The notes under the pieces: generated by a model
What the model saw: only the letters and a program-made list of their open reading frames with translations
Database searches by the model: none
Told to the model about the DNA's origin: nothing
Position numbers and translations under genes: made by a program
In this document: positions 57,841 to 64,000 of the stretch, piece by piece
Layout of the letters: the number at the start of each line of letters is the position of its first letter
Numbering within the stretch: position 1 is the first letter of the stretch
Source of the DNA: a virus
DNA: 64,000 bases
Reading direction: 5' to 3' (one strand)
Virus record (IMG/VR): IMGVR_UViG_3300032093_011758
Coordinates: 8,362 to 72,361 of that record

Positions 57841-60174
57841 ATCTCCGCCTTTTTACAAATATCAAGCATAGTTGGAACCCCCCCATTTCAGGTTTACGTT
57901 TGTGATGTCACTGGTTCATATTGTGAATTAGTTGATACAATTACGGGGTCCGTTCCTCCATCGGTTTTGATTCAATTACCGAGCTTCTTTGACCTTGCTC
58001 CCGCAGTATTGGTAAAAATAGTCGATGCAAATAACTGTGAAAATTATGAGATAAGACCTTGTCAAACAACTCAAACCCCAACTCCCACCCCTACGGTTAC
58101 ACCAACTAACACTCAAACACCGACAAAAACTCCTACTCAAACACCAACAGTTACGCCAACAAACACTCAAACTCAAACGCCAACTAACACTGAAACCTCA
58201 ACTAACACACCAACACAAACAAATACTTCCACCCAAACACCTACAAGTACTGAAACACCTACTAATACACCAACACAAACAAATACTTCCACCGAAACAC
58301 CTACAAGTACTGAAACACCTACTAACACACCAACTAGCACTACAACTCCAACAAGTACGGAAACACCAACACCAACTAATACTGAAACTTCAACTGAAAC
58401 ACCTACCGAAACTCCAACCCCAACTAACACAGAGACACCTACACCTACAAACACGGAAACAACAACACCAACGAATACGGAGACACCTTCAAACACCCCA
58501 ACTCAAACACCAACCTCAACACCTCCTCCGGCAATATGCTTTACAATATCTGATGAGTTCTCAAGTTGGTCTTGCACAATTTCACCATCCGGATATCATA
58601 ATACAAAAGTTTACTACGCGGTATATGGATCTGATTGCACAACTGTCATAGGTTATGTCTATTGGTCTATAACTAACGATAGATGGGAAACTTCTAATGT
58701 CTTGGATGGAACGGTATATGGATACTTGGATAATGCGGGTGATGATTATCCAATTAATGGTCAATTCTTCTTCTGGGTTCCTGTGAGTGGTGATTATGAA
58801 ATAAATGCATCTATTGAAGGAATTTGTCCTACACAAACTCCAACACCAACAAATACGACAACTAATACTTCAACACCAACAAATACGGCAACTAACACTC
58901 CAAGTAGTGTAACTCCAACACCGACACCTACAAATACTCAAACACCAACTGAAACTCCAACTCTAAATACCTGTCTGATCCAATCATGTTGTGAACCAAC
59001 AGACCTCAGAACGGCATATGTTAGTATCCCTGACGCAATTGTTGGTAGAACCGGTCTATTGGGCGGATTCTGTTTCCAAATCCTTCAAGTTGGTATTTCA
59101 GGAACTCCGAGCAATATTATGACACAATTCTATGATAATTGTTTAGATTGTGAAACCGTTAATCCTTGCCCAACTCCAACACCAACAAGAACTCCGACTA
59201 GAACACCAAGTCAGACACCAACTCAAGCAACACCAACTCCAACATCAAGTAATACTCCAACTTTAGCGACACCTACACCAACACCTTCACATACTCCAAC
59301 AAATCAAACACCAACCGTCACACCAACAAATAGTCCATCCTATTTGAATTGCGTTGCCGAATATTGTTGTGATGTTACAGATCAGGAAATCTTGAAGGTA
59401 AGAAGTGATCTTGCAATTATTGGAAATACAGTTGTATTCAATAACAAATGTTATAGAATTATTCAAAACAATCTTGTTATTGCGTTTGATATTATAAATT
59501 CCGCTTATAGTAGTTGCGCAACATGTTTAGTTGATTACGGATGTCCTACTTCAACTCCAACTCCAACTAACACAAGAACACCATCAAATACTCCTTCCAA
59601 TACACCAAGTGGTGTGACTCCGACTCCAACTCCAACTAACACACCAAGTAGTGTAACACCAACTCCAACACCAACAAACACCGCAAGTAATACACAAACA
59701 CCATCCAATACCGCAACGAACACACAAACTCCATCAAATACTCCGACAAATACTCAAACACCAACTAACACAAGAACAAATACCCCAACACCTTCCAATA
59801 CTCCATCTAATACTGCAACTCCGACAGAGACACCAACTAATACTCCAACCAACACACAAACACCAACTAATACTCCAACCAACACACAAACACCATCTAA
59901 CACTCCTACTAATACCCAAACCTCAAGCGAAACTCCAACAAATACACCAACTAATACTGAAACTCCAACCAATACTCCTACTAACACAACCACATCTACC
60001 GAAACTCCGACTTCTACTCAAACTCCAACAGAAACACCAACTAACACTCCAACCAACACAGAAACTCCGACTCAAACTCCAACACCTACACCAACAACAT
60101 TAGAGGAAGGTTTTTTACAACAGGAAAATCTATTCTATATCCTCCAAGAGGACCAGAATAATATCATAATATAA
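57841..60174 (+). CDS. mucin-like Thr/Pro-rich multi-domain protein with Cys-rich modules (probable start at non-canonical ATC 57841)
   Basis: Frame is open from 57838 ([22 protein letters not shown]...); several TP stalks; two CC...C...CxxC...C modules; C-terminal [15 protein letters not shown]. Confidence 0.7.
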   Translation: MSAFLQISSIVGTPPFQVYVCDVTGSYCELVDTITGSVPPSVLIQLPSFFDLAPAVLVKIVDANNCENYEIRPCQTTQTPTPTPTVTPTNTQTPTKTPTQTPTVTPTNTQTQTPTNTETSTNTPTQTNTSTQTPTSTETPTNTPTQTNTSTETPTSTETPTNTPTSTTTPTSTETPTPTNTETSTETPTETPTPTNTETPTPTNTETTTPTNTETPSNTPTQTPTSTPPPAICFTISDEFSSWSCTISPSGYHNTKVYYAVYGSDCTTVIGYVYWSITNDRWETSNVLDGTVYGYLDNAGDDYPINGQFFFWVPVSGDYEINASIEGICPTQTPTPTNTTTNTSTPTNTATNTPSSVTPTPTPTNTQTPTETPTLNTCLIQSCCEPTDLRTAYVSIPDAIVGRTGLLGGFCFQILQVGISGTPSNIMTQFYDNCLDCETVNPCPTPTPTRTPTRTPSQTPTQATPTPTSSNTPTLATPTPTPSHTPTNQTPTVTPTNSPSYLNCVAEYCCDVTDQEILKVRSDLAIIGNTVVFNNKCYRIIQNNLVIAFDIINSAYSSCATCLVDYGCPTSTPTPTNTRTPSNTPSNTPSGVTPTPTPTNTPSSVTPTPTPTNTASNTQTPSNTATNTQTPSNTPTNTQTPTNTRTNTPTPSNTPSNTATPTETPTNTPTNTQTPTNTPTNTQTPSNTPTNTQTSSETPTNTPTNTETPTNTPTNTTTSTETPTSTQTPTETPTNTPTNTETPTQTPTPTPTTLEEGFLQQENLFYILQEDQNNIII
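58201..58320 (+). repeat. 60-bp near-perfect tandem duplication in TP stalk
   Basis: 58201-58260 versus 58261-58320 differ at 2 positions. Confidence 0.85.
59831..59895 (+). repeat. 30-bp tandem repeat (2.2 copies) in TP stalk
   Basis: CACCAACTAATACTCCAACCAACACACAAA x2. Confidence 0.85.
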
Positions 60175-60188
60175 TTGAATAAATGAAA

Positions 60189-60195
60189 TATTTAT
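60189..60195 (+). promoter_or_regulatory. TATTTAT putative late promoter
   Basis: 3-6 nt before ATGATG 60199. Confidence 0.55.
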
Positions 60196-60198
60196 AAA

Positions 60199-63100
60199 AT
60201 GATGCCAAATTTACCAATATCACAGCTACCCTCAGTGGGTAATACGGGTTATACTGAATCTGATATACTTGTTTTTGTTAATTATCAAATTGAAACTGGA
60301 ACAACATCTAACACACCCTTATCACAAGTTAAGGAATGGGTTTTATCCGGATTAAGCGAAAACTACCTTCCTTTAAGTGGAGGGACCGTAAGTGGTGACA
60401 CCATATTTCAGAGTGGATTAACCGCTAATACAATATCGGCCACAACATATTTGAATTTACCTGATGTTGAACCGAGTAAAAAAATTGTTCTGAAAAAACT
60501 ATATCTAGGTAATAGAAATGTTAATAACAGTACGAACCCTTTTGTTAGCTCAATATTAAATCAATCGTTAAACAATCAAACAAAACGTATTTTTACATCA
60601 CCAAATCAATATACCGGAAGTTTTCTTGATTATTATTTTACCGTGAATGATGGTGTTGAGAGAAAAAAGATTTTGTTTTCTAGGGGTATTGCACCTAATA
60701 TCATTACAGGAACTACGATTGATGACATGGTTGATTATATTGTTGACACATATGTTGATGTTAATGTAAACTTTTACTGTGAATTATGGGTTTTTTTGGA
60801 TAAAAATTTTAACGAAATTAAACAACTTAAATTAGTAAATCCTCTTTTTAATTCTTTACATCCGAGGAAATTAAATTCAACCAGATCCTATCTCGGTGTA
60901 ACTGAATTTGTTAGGAAAACAGAATACCCTGACTTTTCTTGGTTAGACGATAATACAATTACAAGTAATTTTAACGCTCCTTCTGACATTTGGTATGATC
61001 CTCTAACTTCAGAGGATATACCTAAGAAGATTCATGATATTGTTAACACATCCGGTTTTTACGGAACATTGTCAGGTTTTGCTCAAACAGTAATAAATGT
61101 GGGTTCTTGGGATACCGATGTGAGAAATGTTGTTAATAATTCAGTATATGTAGAAACCTTACAAAATTTTTATACCAAATTCATAGTTCCAACTAATAGA
61201 TATAATTTTACAAACGTAAATTTACAAAAGTTGAATAACTTTTATGGTGATATTTTTTATGACAACGTAAGTGGATCTCCTTTGGTGTTTTCGGCCAACT
61301 CAAATACAGATGTTTATCCATCACCTTATTTTCTACAATTGATAGACACATACAAAATATATCCGTCGGGTCAATTTGGTTATATTTTTTATTCTTCGTC
61401 TGCTGAAGCAGATACACAACTCAACGACCTTAATTATAGTGTTGGTCATGACAATGAATTAAAATACATAAATAGAAACACAAGAGAATTCGGAAGTTAT
61501 ATCCAAGTTATACCAGGAATTAATGAAAACTATTCTCTCAACGTTAAAATTTCAGGTGATCCGGATCAAAATTTATGTAATTCTTTCATAGATGATCTAT
61601 TTGATAACAGATTGGTTCTTAATAACCCAAATGTCAAGTTGAACAGTTCTGCATGGCAAAATATAAAAAATTTTAACAAATCTGAATTTTATAATTCTGT
61701 GTTGACCGGTCAAACCGAGTTTAATTTCCTTCTTCAGTCCACAGATGTGAAAATGGAGCAATTGTCTGAAAATTATCAATTTACCGGAAGTTCTTTTGTT
61801 AGAAAAATTTACAACTCCGGAGAATTCTCATACTATGGAGATAGTAGTGGGACGTATCTCCAATTTGGAGTAAATTCACTTTCCGGAGAAGGATTATTTG
61901 ACCAAAATTTCAATAGTGGCGGTTTCGGGAGTGACAATTTAGGTCAATGTATTGACAAACAAAGTAATGGGAAAATAATTGTTGGTGGGGCTTTCTCCGA
62001 ATATGATGAAAGTACCTCAACATATTATATGAATAATATCATGAGATTGAATACTGATGGAACTTACGATACATCGTTCGTTAATGGAATTGGATATGGG
62101 TTTAATAATCCAGTATATGCGGTTGCTGTTCAATCAGACGATAAGATAATCGTTGGTGGTGTGTTTAGTACATATACTGATAATACAGGATCTTATTCCT
62201 GCAATAACATTGCAAGATTAAACTCTGACGGAACTTTTGATACAACATTTAATAGTGGTGGTAATGATTTTGATGACTATGTCAATACAATAGCAATTCA
62301 ATCGGATGGTAAAATAATATGTGGTGGCGCATTTAATATATACAACGATATTAATGGAAATTGGAACACAACATATTTGATAAGGTTAAATACAGATGGG
62401 ACTGCGGATTTGAGTTTTGTTGGAGATAACTATGGATTTAATAATATTGTTCGTGTGGTATCTATACAAAGTAATGGTAAAGTATTAGTTGGTGGTGATT
62501 TCTCACAGTATTCCAATAGTGCCGCAACAAACAACATGTCCCACATATGTAGATTAAATACTAACGGAGATTTTGACACATCTTTCGGAACAATTGGTTT
62601 TGGATTTGATGATTCTGTTGACGCATTTGCGATTCAATCTGATGGAAAAATATTAGTCGGAGGAGTTTTCAATTTATACACTTCGGGCCCTTATGAATGT
62701 GCAAAGATTGCAAGATTAAATTCAGATGGTAGTTTTGATACTTCATTTTTAGACGGAATCGGAGTATATGGTTTTGCCGGTGGTTGGGTTAGAGATATAA
62801 AAATACAAAATGATGGAAAAATTTTGGTTGTTGGTGGTTTTTATTCTTATGATGATGAAACCGGATCTTATTTTCCCAATAGAATCGCTAGGTTAAATAG
62901 CGATGGAACTTATGACACAACATTCAACCAAGGGGGGACAGGATTCACCGGTTGGGATGTTTATCAAATGTTATTGACAGAAGAAACAGTTATTGATAAA
63001 ATCTCTGTTGATGCGATTTATAAGGGACATTCTTTTAGACCATTCATATATCCACTAAATCTAACACAAATATTTTTTGATGTTCCATCGTCTTATTTAT

Positions 63101-63513
63101 ATGACGGAACAAATTTGATTCCTTCAGATAATTCTTCAAATAATATTTTTGAGTTTGTAGGATCAACCATTACAAATAAAAAACTTTGTTTGATTGTATA
63201 TTACAAAAAACTTGATTCTTATGATTTATTTGTTGAGGATATTGTTTTGGCAGAACCTCGCGGTGGTTTCGGTTATGTTGAAACCAATGTTATAACTTTG
63301 ATGATAAATAACTTAGAAAAAATATTCACAACTAATTTAGGTAATAACGTCAAGTCAAGACAAATCAAACCAAATAATTTAGAGGTTTACCTTGGAATAC
63401 TTGATGTAGATACAAACAAAGTTAATACGATACCAAACTATAAAATTGTAGTAGACAATTATGGTGGTAACCTGATATTTAGATTAGTAAAGGGTGGTCT
63501 TAATATGAATTGA
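60199..63513 (+). CDS. large fibre/receptor-binding-like protein with delta-60 (DUF5122-type) beta-propeller repeats
   Basis: N-terminal MPNLPISQLP and YLPLSGGTVSG; six (I/V)Q.DGKI.VGG.F...I.RLN.DG..D.SF repeats at about 61950-62960. Confidence 0.8.
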   Translation: MMPNLPISQLPSVGNTGYTESDILVFVNYQIETGTTSNTPLSQVKEWVLSGLSENYLPLSGGTVSGDTIFQSGLTANTISATTYLNLPDVEPSKKIVLKKLYLGNRNVNNSTNPFVSSILNQSLNNQTKRIFTSPNQYTGSFLDYYFTVNDGVERKKILFSRGIAPNIITGTTIDDMVDYIVDTYVDVNVNFYCELWVFLDKNFNEIKQLKLVNPLFNSLHPRKLNSTRSYLGVTEFVRKTEYPDFSWLDDNTITSNFNAPSDIWYDPLTSEDIPKKIHDIVNTSGFYGTLSGFAQTVINVGSWDTDVRNVVNNSVYVETLQNFYTKFIVPTNRYNFTNVNLQKLNNFYGDIFYDNVSGSPLVFSANSNTDVYPSPYFLQLIDTYKIYPSGQFGYIFYSSSAEADTQLNDLNYSVGHDNELKYINRNTREFGSYIQVIPGINENYSLNVKISGDPDQNLCNSFIDDLFDNRLVLNNPNVKLNSSAWQNIKNFNKSEFYNSVLTGQTEFNFLLQSTDVKMEQLSENYQFTGSSFVRKIYNSGEFSYYGDSSGTYLQFGVNSLSGEGLFDQNFNSGGFGSDNLGQCIDKQSNGKIIVGGAFSEYDESTSTYYMNNIMRLNTDGTYDTSFVNGIGYGFNNPVYAVAVQSDDKIIVGGVFSTYTDNTGSYSCNNIARLNSDGTFDTTFNSGGNDFDDYVNTIAIQSDGKIICGGAFNIYNDINGNWNTTYLIRLNTDGTADLSFVGDNYGFNNIVRVVSIQSNGKVLVGGDFSQYSNSAATNNMSHICRLNTNGDFDTSFGTIGFGFDDSVDAFAIQSDGKILVGGVFNLYTSGPYECAKIARLNSDGSFDTSFLDGIGVYGFAGGWVRDIKIQNDGKILVVGGFYSYDDETGSYFPNRIARLNSDGTYDTTFNQGGTGFTGWDVYQMLLTEETVIDKISVDAIYKGHSFRPFIYPLNLTQIFFDVPSSYLYDGTNLIPSDNSSNNIFEFVGSTITNKKLCLIVYYKKLDSYDLFVEDIVLAEPRGGFGYVETNVITLMINNLEKIFTTNLGNNVKSRQIKPNNLEVYLGILDVDTNKVNTIPNYKIVVDNYGGNLIFRLVKGGLNMN

Positions 63514-63562
63514 CCGCCTCATAAGAGAAGATCGTTAATATAAATTCGGTCTTTCATAATTA

Positions 63563-63600
63563 GGGCGGCGTTAATAAAAATTCGCCGCCTCATTTTTTTT
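63563..63600 (+). terminator. intrinsic terminator with competing upstream pairing partner
   Basis: GGCGGCG-(AT-rich loop)-CGCCGCC-TCA-TTTTTTTT. Confidence 0.75.
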
Positions 63601-63609
63601 ATAACGAAC

Positions 63610-63616
63610 TATTTAT
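63610..63616 (+). promoter_or_regulatory. TATTTAT putative late promoter
   Basis: After the terminator, upstream of ATG 63644. Confidence 0.55.
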
Positions 63617-63643
63617 ATATAAATAAAAATTAAAATATAGATT

Positions 63644-63964
63644 ATGAACACTTATACAATGGAAATTAAAGACATGATTGTGATCTCAGAAATCAGCGGA
63701 TACACAAATTTTGTGACTAGAATATCGTGGAATTACAAAGGTGTCAATGAAATTGGGGTTGAAAGTGAATTCAACGCTGTTACCAAGTATACCCAAGTTG
63801 ATGAAGAAAATTTCATTGAATATTCCGCTCTTACAGAATCAAACGTAATATCGTGGATTGAATCTCATCCTGATTTATTAAGAGTTAAATCATATGTTGA
63901 CAACTCAATTGCAAATAAAATGAGTAAATCAAAAAAAAGATTACCATTCCCTTGGTTAACATAA
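63644..63964 (+). CDS. small tail-fibre-associated protein
   Basis: V..I.W...G, FI.Y..LTE..VI.WI, terminal PW motif typical of fibre-associated small proteins. Confidence 0.6.
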   Translation: MNTYTMEIKDMIVISEISGYTNFVTRISWNYKGVNEIGVESEFNAVTKYTQVDEENFIEYSALTESNVISWIESHPDLLRVKSYVDNSIANKMSKSKKRLPFPWLT

Positions 63965-64000
63965 TCATATGATTAGATATAATACTAAAAGATATTGGGG

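Noticed and set aside
54328-59993. Many minus-strand ORFs rich in VGVGV or WCW, and alternate-frame H/Q/L-rich ORFs
   Set aside because: Shadows of the ACN/CCN codon repeats of the Thr/Pro stalks; no promoters or independent features.
63511-63560. UGA plus hairpin as a selenocysteine insertion (SECIS)
   Set aside because: Readthrough adds only 9 residues, there is no redox motif, and no SECIS-like apical loop was recognised.
1-64000. Stop-codon reassignment (TAG/TGA) as in some Bacteroidota phages
   Set aside because: Core genes are full length in code 11, coding density is high, and TAG/TGA end genes at sensible positions (e.g. terL TAG at 12291).
1-64000. tRNA genes, introns, inteins, DGR or reverse transcriptase
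   Set aside because: No intergenic space with cloverleaf or T-loop motifs seen, no split core genes, no intein termini and no RT ORF; a tRNAscan/Infernal run would be needed to exclude these formally.

Overview
A 64-kb segment of a large (jumbo/huge) AT-rich tailed dsDNA phage using the standard genetic code. It has a T4-like head module (large terminase, portal, prohead protease, scaffold, major capsid protein) with a ribosomal protein bS21 gene inserted in reverse orientation. A Bacteroidota host is inferred from four things: a Bacteroidota-type bS21 with Tyr54, signal peptides followed by Gln, D-S/T-(A/I/L/V/M/T) sequons in exported proteins, and A-rich starts without Shine-Dalgarno sequences. 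The window also holds: chaperone genes (N-domain-less ClpC, Hsp20, FKBP/SlyD); a lysis cassette (spanin-like genes, holin, GH19 endolysin); a baseplate spike-like gene; a gp55-like late sigma factor with about 24 TATTTAT motifs upstream of late genes; a ~15-kb cluster of glycosyltransferases and sugar methyltransferases; a putative small restriction-modification pair; and a block of Thr/Pro-rich (mucin-like), Cys-rich fibre or decoration proteins. The most interesting hypothesis is a phage-encoded virion glycocalyx: mucin-like modular fibres, possibly assembled through short paired docking peptides, glycosylated and methylated by the phage's own enzymes. All calls come from motif recognition by eye; no database searches were run.
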